Shown here: piece by piece, positions 34,473-41,695 of the stretch
How the letters are laid out: each line of letters opens with the position of its first letter
Numbering within the stretch: the stretch's first letter is position 1
Source of the DNA: a virus
Lineage: Duplodnaviria; Caudoviricetes
Reading direction: 5' to 3' (one strand)
Length of the DNA stretch: 41,695 nucleotides
IMG/VR virus record: IMGVR_UViG_3300020045_002517
Location: 1 to 41,695 of that record
Made by a program: the position numbers and the translations under genes
The notes under the pieces: generated by a model
What the model saw: the letters and a program-made list of their open reading frames with translations, nothing else
Database searches by the model: none
Told to the model about the DNA's origin: nothing

Positions 34473-37400
34473 TAGTATTTTTTAATCTTGAAATTAACAC
34501 GGTCGTTGAAACTTTGTGAGTTATCGAATAGTTCCTCAAAAAACTCTTTAGCTCCCGTTTTTGTAATAGATGCGCCTTTATATCCTCCGTCTGACTTGCT
34601 GTTTCGAATATCGCTTCTCAAGGCTTTTATTTCTGATGCAATATCTGAATTATCGCCATTAAAAACAACATTTGAAAGCTGTGATTTAGCCATTTCCGAG
34701 TGCATCGAAATCCCGTTTTCAGACAATAATTTATCTAAATAAAAATCGTGCGATTTGTAAATCTTGTCGCCTTTTTCCAAGTACCTTCTGTTTGCTCCTT
34801 TCGTGCTTCCTGTTGACTTTATATTCCCTTTGCTATCTGTATGTACTTCTGGGCGTTTTTCATCGACTACAGCCCAACCTTCAGGTGCGTTCATTGTTCC
34901 TTTCCAAAATTCAGGCAAAGGCTGTGATGCAATAAGGGCAATTTGTGCCGCCCCGATAACCCCTGCTAAAACAGATAAAGCGATATTAGGCAGTGCAGCA
35001 ACTACCGCCTGTGCAGTATTTACGACTGCATTAAATATTGCCAATTCTCGTGTAGCTTTAGCTTCTTTTATCCTTACCTCTCTTTTACGGTCTTCATACT
35101 GTTTATCTATTTCTGCCTTTGCTGAAGCCGAATCTCCTGCGTACAAAACATTTAAATCGTATTCTCTTTTTAATCTTGCATATTGGTTGTCAAAATAGGC
35201 CTGACTATTTTGGTTCAGGAAATTAACAGCTTCTTGTGCTATTTCTGTAATTCCTAAAAATGTAGTTTTGAAATCTTCTCCGAATCCTGTTAGTTCTTCA
35301 TTTAGAAATTTAAATAAAGTAGGGAATCCAGCATCACTAAAAAATCCTGAGGAAAAAGACTTAATCCATTCATCGGTTGCTTCCTTAAGATCTTTCATTT
35401 TCTTTTCAATAGGTGTCAGTTCCTCTTGAAAAGCCTTAAAACCTTCTTTTGTAAGTCCTAATCCCGCTAAATCAATTTTTAATCCTTCTCCATCGAATTT
35501 AGCTCTGTACTCATAGTATTTGTCTAAATAGTCTTCTTTTAATTTTAGTATTCTTTCCTCAGAAGTTTTTGTAGTTTTTAATATTTTCTCATTATACGCT
35601 TCGTAAGCTGTCTGTTGATCCAAAAGGTAATTTTTATTGACCTGTTCTAATATTTTTGCGTTTCCTTTCGCTTCAATTACCCTTTCATCGTAGTTCTTTT
35701 TGGCGAGCCTTAATTCCTCGTTTAATTTGTCGGTATGTATTGCCAATTCCTGTTCGGTAAGATCAGATTCTAAAATCAATCTCTGTCCTAGATATTCTTT
35801 TTCATCTTCCATTAATTCCTGTAAAGAATCTTTCTCTGATTCTCTACGCATCAATCTTAAAGCATAATCATTTTTAGCATATTCCTCACGCAATTTAGCA
35901 AGCATATCGGCAAGCCTTTTGTTTTCGGCTATCTGCTCTTTTGTTAATTCTAATGTTGCCTTTTCTTTTGGATTTACTTCTTCTAATATTTTAGATATAG
36001 CTTTTAATCGTCCTTCCCTAATTCCTATTTGAAAATTAAGGTTTTCAATAGCTTTTTCGTTTTTTACATATTGGCTTTCTTCTCCTAATAAATCGCTTAA
36101 AGGGTCTGATCCCTGACCTTTGGATTCAAGGTCTTTTTGCTGTTGCGTAAGCTTGTTAAGCTCTTGCATTTTTCTAAATAATGAAGCTTGTTCTGAATTT
36201 TGCAATTGCAATGCCAAACTTCTTCGTGCTTCTAAATTACCAATAACCTCAAGGTCTGAAATAAGCTCATCATAGCCTTTTGTTGATCCTGCCGTGTTTC
36301 TATCCTGAAGTAAGGAATCTCTTGATTGTATAAGTAGCCTAAAACCGTTTAAAGCTCCGTTTAACCCTGAAACAATAGAACCAAAAAACTTTGTAACAAC
36401 TCCGTCTCCGCTATTCAGCTCTCTTATAAATTCAGTCCAAGTATTTGAAAGCCTTGATGTTTCTGCGTTTAGGGTTTCAACTCTCCTTATATTTTCAACT
36501 CCGTAAGCTTTTTCAAGTTCTTTTGCAAACGCCGGTAAAACTTCGGCTGCTAAAACTTTTCCGTCTTTCAGCATTTTATTAAGCTGAATTTCGGTTACAT
36601 TCATAGATTTAGCCAAAATACCAAATGCACCCGGCAAGCGTTCTGCCAGCTGACCTCTAATTTCTTCAGCTTGTACCGTTCCTTTTGAAATCATCTGTTG
36701 CAGAGCCAAGAAAGCTCCTTCTTGCTGTTCTACAGATAATCCCATAGCACCCGAAGCCTTTGATACGCTTTCAAAAATGTCATTTATCTGCTGTGCCGAA
36801 ATAGCACCCGAATCCAAAGCATTTTTAGACGCTGCATAAAATCCTGTATATGATTTAGTAAGTCCTACTAACTCAATACCGTATCTTTCTGAAATATCAG
36901 CTAAAAAAGCTTGTGATTTAGCGGCGGCATCTGAACTACCCATGACTTGCTTTAAAGCCAAGTCCATTCCCTGAAGTTGTTTTGTGGTTTCGAATATGTT
37001 TTTAGAAACCATTGCTATTGCCGTAACACCTCCGACAATACCGAAAGCACCCAATAGGTTTTTGATACCTCCAACCGCTTGCATTGGGTAATTACCAACG
37101 TTTCTGTTAAACCTGCCTACTGCTGTATCTGCCTGAAGAACACGCTTATTTAATTTGTCAAATTCAGATTGAGCGGTTTTTAATTCACGATTATATTCTC
37201 TTTGAGTTTGAGTAGCTGTCTTTCCTCTTGCTATTAAATCCTGAACACGTCTTGAAGATTCGTTTTGTTTTGCCGAAAGCTCTAAATAAGCACTTCCAAG
37301 AACTCTTAAAGACTGCCTTCTCCTTGCTAATTCCTGCGTGTTTTCTTCTCCTGCAATTGTAAGTCGAGCCGTAGCTACGGTTAAAGCATTGGCCACCCTT

Positions 37401-37606
37401 GTACGCTCTTTTTCAAGTGCGGTTAATTCAGATGTTTTCGATGCTGTATTTGCAGAAGAACCCCCGACATTTTTATTCCCATTGAAATTTAATCCTGTCT
37501 TGTTAACGGCAAGTATTTCTTGGTGTATTTCCTTTATAACCGCAAGATTGTCCTTTAGCTGTCGCTCGGCTTCCCTTGATATAAAATCATCAATTGCGTT
37601 TGACAT
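34472..37606 (-). CDS. Tape measure protein
   Basis: ALQQMISKGTVQAEEIRGQLAERLPGA tape-measure motif; long helical 1044 aa. Confidence 0.95.
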   Translation of the reverse strand: MSNAIDDFISREAERQLKDNLAVIKEIHQEILAVNKTGLNFNGNKNVGGSSANTASKTSELTALEKERTRVANALTVATARLTIAGEENTQELARRRQSLRVLGSAYLELSAKQNESSRRVQDLIARGKTATQTQREYNRELKTAQSEFDKLNKRVLQADTAVGRFNRNVGNYPMQAVGGIKNLLGAFGIVGGVTAIAMVSKNIFETTKQLQGMDLALKQVMGSSDAAAKSQAFLADISERYGIELVGLTKSYTGFYAASKNALDSGAISAQQINDIFESVSKASGAMGLSVEQQEGAFLALQQMISKGTVQAEEIRGQLAERLPGAFGILAKSMNVTEIQLNKMLKDGKVLAAEVLPAFAKELEKAYGVENIRRVETLNAETSRLSNTWTEFIRELNSGDGVVTKFFGSIVSGLNGALNGFRLLIQSRDSLLQDRNTAGSTKGYDELISDLEVIGNLEARRSLALQLQNSEQASLFRKMQELNKLTQQQKDLESKGQGSDPLSDLLGEESQYVKNEKAIENLNFQIGIREGRLKAISKILEEVNPKEKATLELTKEQIAENKRLADMLAKLREEYAKNDYALRLMRRESEKDSLQELMEDEKEYLGQRLILESDLTEQELAIHTDKLNEELRLAKKNYDERVIEAKGNAKILEQVNKNYLLDQQTAYEAYNEKILKTTKTSEERILKLKEDYLDKYYEYRAKFDGEGLKIDLAGLGLTKEGFKAFQEELTPIEKKMKDLKEATDEWIKSFSSGFFSDAGFPTLFKFLNEELTGFGEDFKTTFLGITEIAQEAVNFLNQNSQAYFDNQYARLKREYDLNVLYAGDSASAKAEIDKQYEDRKREVRIKEAKATRELAIFNAVVNTAQAVVAALPNIALSVLAGVIGAAQIALIASQPLPEFWKGTMNAPEGWAVVDEKRPEVHTDSKGNIKSTGSTKGANRRYLEKGDKIYKSHDFYLDKLLSENGISMHSEMAKSQLSNVVFNGDNSDIASEIKALRSDIRNSKSDGGYKGASITKTGAKEFFEELFDNSQSFNDRVNFKIKKY

Positions 37607-38237
37607 TGTTCTTTGTGTTTTGTTGTTTTTGTGCTTCAGCTAATATCCTGCATTGTTCCTGCATTTCGATCCATTCCAATACTGATGTTTTTTTTGAATC
37701 AATTTTGTATGGTAGGTTTAAAACCCTTGTTACGCTTAATATTTGACTTTCTAAAGAAGATGTTTCTTTTTCTTCCTGTTCTTCTTCTATTTCAGATTCA
37801 AGTAGCCTTATCTTCGTCTTTATTCCTTCTAAACGGCTTTCTATAGCATTTACTTGATCTATTAAGTTTCTGTCTGATTTTATATTGTAGTTCCATTTCT
37901 GCAGGTCAGAAACTAATTCCATAAGGGCATCACGTCCCAATGCAGTTTCAAAGTTTTTTATTGACCATATTATGAAATTAACAGATTCAAACTTATTGGC
38001 TAAAATCATTATCTTATCTGCTACAGCTAATTTATTAGATACCTTCTCATTTTTCGAAAGGCTATAATATTCCTCTAAAAACGTTTTCTTTACTAACTCC
38101 AATCCTTCAATTTCTAAAAGATTTTCTGTGAAATATTTGAGGTCGTTTGTTTCGTAGTATTTGTGGAAATTCCATAAAGGCATTTCTTCGCAAGTAGCGT
38201 ATATCTTAACCGAGGTTTCTTTTAATGAATTTTTCAA
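37590..38237 (-). CDS. Pre-tape-measure protein (tail assembly chaperone-like); start uncertain (TTG)
   Basis: Position just upstream of the tape measure; helical. Confidence 0.6.
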   Translation of the reverse strand: MKNSLKETSVKIYATCEEMPLWNFHKYYETNDLKYFTENLLEIEGLELVKKTFLEEYYSLSKNEKVSNKLAVADKIMILANKFESVNFIIWSIKNFETALGRDALMELVSDLQKWNYNIKSDRNLIDQVNAIESRLEGIKTKIRLLESEIEEEQEEKETSSLESQILSVTRVLNLPYKIDSKKTSVLEWIEMQEQCRILAEAQKQQNTKNNVKRN

Positions 38238-38649
38238 GATCAGGTTTTATTATTTCGTAGTTAACGTATTTTTCGTTTTGGTCTGTAAGTCCGAATATAT
38301 TTGTTCCGTAATTTTCCTGAAGCTCCGAACTTTTTGAATCGGTAGAGTAAATATTAAAAGGTTTTCCGTATCCATTAAATTTAATCCTGAAACCGTTGTA
38401 AAAATCTCCTGTGTCAAATAATGTAACGTGATTAAATATCTTTCCTTCCGAACGCTTTATAAGTCTTGTAAATGGGGAGTAAGTCGGGAATATTCTTTGT
38501 CCGTCAGAATCAATACCTTTATTGTAAAGTTGTGAATCTCGGTTTAAATTTAATATTTCTTCTTCGTTCTGCCTAATTATTCTATGTGATTCTTTAGGTA
38601 ATTCAGAAATGACACGCTCCATTTTCTGTATGTAATCGTAAGCTGTCAT
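38206..38649 (-). CDS. Virion morphogenesis / tail completion protein (start probably MTAYDY)
   Basis: YSPFTRLIK..VTLFDTGDFY motif. Confidence 0.65.
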   Translation of the reverse strand: MTAYDYIQKMERVISELPKESHRIIRQNEEEILNLNRDSQLYNKGIDSDGQRIFPTYSPFTRLIKRSEGKIFNHVTLFDTGDFYNGFRIKFNGYGKPFNIYSTDSKSSELQENYGTNIFGLTDQNEKYVNYEIIKPDLEKFIKRNLG

Positions 38650-38664
38650 AATGTAGTTTTTTTG

Positions 38665-38707
38665 CTTAATCAAGGGATTCGAACCCAAAACACACCGACT
38701 GAATTAA
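38665..38707 (-). ncRNA. tRNA-like mini element with a T-loop hairpin
   Basis: GGG-TTCGAAT-CCC at 38674-38686, enclosed by TTAATTCAG/TTGATTAA. Confidence 0.4.
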
Positions 38708-38741
38708 AATAAAGGGGCGTTTTTGTTTTACCGCCCCTTAT
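38706..38741 (-). terminator. GC-rich hairpin / weak terminator after the major tail gene
   Basis: AAGGGGCG-12 nt-CGCCCCTT followed by TATTTT. Confidence 0.7.
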
Positions 38742-38749
38742 TGTGGTAT

Positions 38750-39682
38750 TTATAACACTACTGTTGTAGCTACATTTGATTTGTACATTCCTGCGCTGTC
38801 AAGCAAAATAATGTTTGCGTTAAGCGTAGAATCATACAGCCTTCCTGTAATCACATCGCCTGTCGTTACCTCTGGAATCGTTACCGTATAACGTCCTTCA
38901 GTCCCAACAGTAGGGACTAAATTTGTAGCGGTAATGGTTGCTCCGTTTTCAGTAAACAGAAGGTCCGCCAAAGTAAGTCCCTGCAATCCTACAGGCTTAT
39001 TATTTGCCGTTGCATCAATAGTGAATACTAACGATGTTGCGCCTGTTGCCGGAGCAGTCAAGGTCATTGTAGTATCGTTGTATCCGTCAAGGTCTTGGTC
39101 TGCCGTGAAATCCAAGTTTTCTGCCGTAATCCACGCAGCGTTATTGTCGAAGTTCGATCTGCTTACCTGAACTGTTACAGTTTCGCTGTTTTCGTTTCCG
39201 ATAACATAAGCACCAACTGAAAACAACTCTAACGATAAACCTCTTAAATTGCCCTGTCCGTCTTCTGCTCCAAGCATATTCCCGGCAGTATCAAATAAAA
39301 GGATATCATAGCTGTTTGAAGATTCCAATTTATTCAACGCTTTATGGAAATAAAGGCCTGAATTAAAAGTGAAAACCCACATATAAGGAGCTTTCAAGTT
39401 TAGGTTTTGGATTCCTGTAGCTTCGTAAGTCGTATACGTGTTTTCAGGCGTGTTATTAGTCATAGACTTAACACCTGGGATGATGATAGCAACGCCTGTC
39501 TGCGCCAATTCTTGAATATACTCAAGGTTGAAGTCTGTTTCAGGCGGGATTCTAAAGCCTTTTTGCAAAAGCACCAATGTAGTAGGCACTTTTAAATCAA
39601 ACTTGCAGAATCTTGAACCTGTTCCCATAAGTTCCGCTGCACCGCAGGAAACTCTGTTTAATATTACATTGATTAATGCCAT
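38750..39682 (-). CDS. Major tail tube protein with a probable C-terminal Ig-like domain
   Basis: Position between joining genes and tape measure; followed by a hairpin; T-rich beta C-terminus. Confidence 0.75.
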   Translation of the reverse strand: MALINVILNRVSCGAAELMGTGSRFCKFDLKVPTTLVLLQKGFRIPPETDFNLEYIQELAQTGVAIIIPGVKSMTNNTPENTYTTYEATGIQNLNLKAPYMWVFTFNSGLYFHKALNKLESSNSYDILLFDTAGNMLGAEDGQGNLRGLSLELFSVGAYVIGNENSETVTVQVSRSNFDNNAAWITAENLDFTADQDLDGYNDTTMTLTAPATGATSLVFTIDATANNKPVGLQGLTLADLLFTENGATITATNLVPTVGTEGRYTVTIPEVTTGDVITGRLYDSTLNANIILLDSAGMYKSNVATTVVL

Positions 39683-39683
39683 A

Positions 39684-39854
39684 TCAGATTATGTTTTTAG
39701 ATTTTAAAAAATTAATAACTCTTTTGTCGTTGTGCTTGAATGTTTCGCCTACTTTATAGGTTTTATCCTGTGTAGGGAATTCTTTAAGCACTTTAAACGA
39801 CTTTAATTCTTCTTTCGCTGGCTTTGTAGCCGTTTTATTTTCTTCTGTCGCCAT
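39684..39854 (-). CDS. 56-aa hypothetical protein (MATEENK...)
   Basis: ATG just after the upstream stop. Confidence 0.6.
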   Translation of the reverse strand: MATEENKTATKPAKEELKSFKVLKEFPTQDKTYKVGETFKHNDKRVINFLKSKNII

Positions 39855-39858
39855 AGCT

Positions 39859-40350
39859 TTAGAATTTAATGTTGTTGTTAATGCAGTTTCCATTAATGGT
39901 AATCGTTGTTGAGAATCGTATAGCATCCCAAATATCAACCGTTTTATTCGCTTTTCCGTCACCGTAGTTCATAAACTTTTCAATCTTGTACTTTCCGTCC
40001 CAATCAAAAATACCTGCCCTGTAAAAAGCTTTTTCGATATTTTCTAATAATGGGTTGAGCACATTTCTATAACTCATCGCATATCGGTTGGAATTTAACA
40101 ATTCAGTCTGCGTGTTTCGGGTGGCGAGTATCAATACTAAATTAACTATTGTATGATTCGCCCTGCTGTCCTGATCATCTGAATTTGAAACTTGGTAAAT
40201 CAAAGGATATGCACTTTTTGAATCTTTAGCCATAGCTATCAAAAACTTATTCAAGTGATCGTCATTACCTGATTCGTACTGCGGTTTCAATCCGTCAATT
40301 TCAGGAAGCTGTGAAAAAACATTAGTCAACCTTTCTTCTACGATTATCAT
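39859..40350 (-). CDS. Tail terminator / head-tail joining protein
   Basis: Position; AYPLIY motif. Confidence 0.6.
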   Translation of the reverse strand: MIIVEERLTNVFSQLPEIDGLKPQYESGNDDHLNKFLIAMAKDSKSAYPLIYQVSNSDDQDSRANHTIVNLVLILATRNTQTELLNSNRYAMSYRNVLNPLLENIEKAFYRAGIFDWDGKYKIEKFMNYGDGKANKTVDIWDAIRFSTTITINGNCINNNIKF

Positions 40351-40955
40351 AATCCAAAACGGTTTTTTGGTTGATAGCCTACGAAATACTCAACAGAATA
40401 ATCATCAGGAAAAGCTTTTAGGTAATCAATAAGCGAAGCATACGTTTTATTTCTGTAGTTCCCTAAATCCCACCCCTCGAAGTAAAAGATAGGCTGTAAG
40501 AAACGATAATCGCAGTTAAATGAACCTTGATACATTTCTATAAAGCTGTTCCAAACCTCTACTATCTTTTCAGTAGGATTAACAGAAATAGAGTTTTCAG
40601 CTTTTGAACGCTCCATACCTACGCCCGTGTAATATGATTTATCATTTTCAAGGTATTTGCAGAATACGAAAGACGCAATAAGCGGTTTTAAACCCTCCCA
40701 CACTTTGTTTTCATATTCTTTACCGTTGATCAGGTCAAACCAAATACCTGACGTTTGCGATTGATTATCAATTAGCGTGTTGTACTGCTCGATTCCTAAA
40801 ACATCTACCAGCAATATTTTCTCATACTTATCAATAAAGGATTGCAGGTTATCTACAGCAGTTGGCGTGTTCGGGTTGATACTCGGAACGGCAACGCTAT
40901 TCGGGATAAATAACTCTCCTGATTTAAAATAGTCTGATGTTAATATTGCTGGCAT
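40347..40955 (-). CDS. Head-tail connector (adaptor) protein
   Basis: Second gene after the capsid; homologous to 48..454. Confidence 0.65.
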   Translation of the reverse strand: MPAILTSDYFKSGELFIPNSVAVPSINPNTPTAVDNLQSFIDKYEKILLVDVLGIEQYNTLIDNQSQTSGIWFDLINGKEYENKVWEGLKPLIASFVFCKYLENDKSYYTGVGMERSKAENSISVNPTEKIVEVWNSFIEMYQGSFNCDYRFLQPIFYFEGWDLGNYRNKTYASLIDYLKAFPDDYSVEYFVGYQPKNRFGL

Positions 40956-40966
40956 TTGTCTTTAGT

Positions 40967-41215
40967 TTACTCTTTTACTTTTTCCGCTAAACCTTGCTTA
41001 ATTAAAGCTTCTGCTTTGATTCTGTGTGGTGAATACACTTTACCAGCTTTCTGATAGACTGTATCTTTCAAAAGTTTTACTTTTACTCGGTCAGCATATT
41101 TGATTACTGTTTTCTTTTTAGCATTTTCAGTGATCATTGCTTTTGCATCAAAAGCCGTTCCTTCAGCGTTTTGGTCTTCAGCTACTTTTTTAGCCTTTTC
41201 TTTATTATCAGCCAT
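40967..41215 (-). CDS. Small basic capsid-adjacent protein
   Basis: VKVKLLKD..AEALIKQGLAE pattern; directly after the capsid. Confidence 0.65.
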   Translation of the reverse strand: MADNKEKAKKVAEDQNAEGTAFDAKAMITENAKKKTVIKYADRVKVKLLKDTVYQKAGKVYSPHRIKAEALIKQGLAEKVKE

Positions 41216-41225
41216 ATGTTTAAAA

Positions 41226-41695
41226 TTAAGGTGTTACAACTAAATCGTCTTGGATGTCTGAAATATCCCCATAAAGGATTGAACCAGCATCAGAACCTTT
41301 GATATAAGTTCCCAAGAACGCTTCTAATTTTCTTGATACCAAGTTTTTAGAGAAGTCATCGTTTTCGTAACCTTCATCATACATAATATTCTCTGCGAAT
41401 ACTACATTGAATTTTTTCAAGTCACCAACTACAATAGCATCATCTGCAATCTTGTTAGAGAACTTAACGTTAACAGACCCAACTCTTGTACCGTCAGGAG
41501 AAACGAAAGGAGCTACAATGTAGCGGTTTTCTAAATCTTTAATACCTGCCATTTTTGCCATCCAAACCGTATTTAATACCGCTGTGATCTGACCTTTAAA
41601 GTTAGACAATCTAATTCTGGTAGCCATAGCCATAATAACATCATAAATGTTTGGTGCTTGGTAGTAACCAGCTAAACCAGCAGGAACAATAAAAG
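41226..41695 (-). CDS. Major capsid protein, C-terminal part (5'-truncated by the window edge)
   Basis: Open to the edge; IVVGDLKK..DDFSKNLV HK97-type C-terminal motifs; homologous to 445..636. Confidence 0.9.
   Translation of the reverse strand, partial: FIVPAGLAGYYQAPNIYDVIMAMATRIRLSNFKGQITAVLNTVWMAKMAGIKDLENRYIVAPFVSPDGTRVGSVNVKFSNKIADDAIVVGDLKKFNVVFAENIMYDEGYENDDFSKNLVSRKLEAFLGTYIKGSDAGSILYGDISDIQDDLVVTP

Larger units (their letters stand above)
1..41695. mobile_element. Near-complete siphovirus-like phage genome, probable Bacteroidota host
   Basis: Full head, tail, lysis and replication modules in canonical order; capsid gene split across the ends; Bacteroidota-type TAnnTTTG promoters; no host genes. 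Confidence 0.95.

Noticed and set aside
38183-38237. Programmed -1 frameshift of the tail chaperone (G/GT) type
   Set aside because: The downstream ORF is in the +1 frame, no clear XXXYYYZ site, and the upstream gene looks like a completion protein; a TTG start explains the overlap
38674-38686. attP core derived from a tRNA 3' end, or a full tRNA gene
   Set aside because: No integrase in the genome, site lies inside the late operon, and no D or anticodon arm is present
783-39595. Plus-strand ORFs in the track such as 783, 6582, 16469, 18195, 24082, 34764, 37338
   Set aside because: Antisense shadows of well-supported minus-strand genes, with no motifs or promoters
41504-41695. Direct terminal repeat / proof of circularity
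   Set aside because: The two copies are only ~78% identical, so this is not an assembly overlap or a true terminal repeat
1-41695. CRISPR or mini-CRISPR array
   Set aside because: No regularly spaced repeat-spacer series found in any intergenic gap

Overview
The window is a near-complete, circularly permuted ~41 kb genome of a long-tailed (siphovirus-like) dsDNA phage. The host is most likely Bacteroidota (Flavobacteriaceae-like), inferred from TTG-N19-TAnnTTTG promoters, a DUF3127 SSB, AT richness and Bacteroidota-style signal peptides. Almost all genes are on the minus strand. In transcription order from the right end: capsid C-terminal part, head-tail joining genes, major tail protein, tape measure, tail tip/fibre genes, a dispersed lysis region (holin-like protein, M15 endolysin, u-spanin-like lipoprotein) with a tRNA-CAT, early recombination/replication genes (Rad52/Sak-like, NinB, SSB, initiator with iterons, AAA ATPase, HNH, NinG), a PD-(D/E)XK nuclease plus DNA MTase, many small accessory ORFs, TerS, TerL, portal, prohead protease and capsid N-terminal part. 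I recognised no integrase, reverse transcriptase or CRISPR array. Main observations: (1) the two ends carry homologous but only ~78% identical copies of one capsid segment, and the left copy is fused via a 10-bp microhomology to an inverted, divergent head-tail connector gene, most simply a chimera of two related phages; (2) a recurring RNA-leader design (promoter, short sequence, then a terminator-like hairpin complementary to that sequence) precedes the replication operon, the head operon and an accessory operon; (3) a T-loop tRNA-like element follows the major tail gene; (4) a membrane-protein/endolysin cassette is bracketed by a 13-bp direct repeat; (5) one tail-fibre-like protein has a signal peptide and another contains a G9 tract. 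All calls are from motif recognition by eye; no database search was run.
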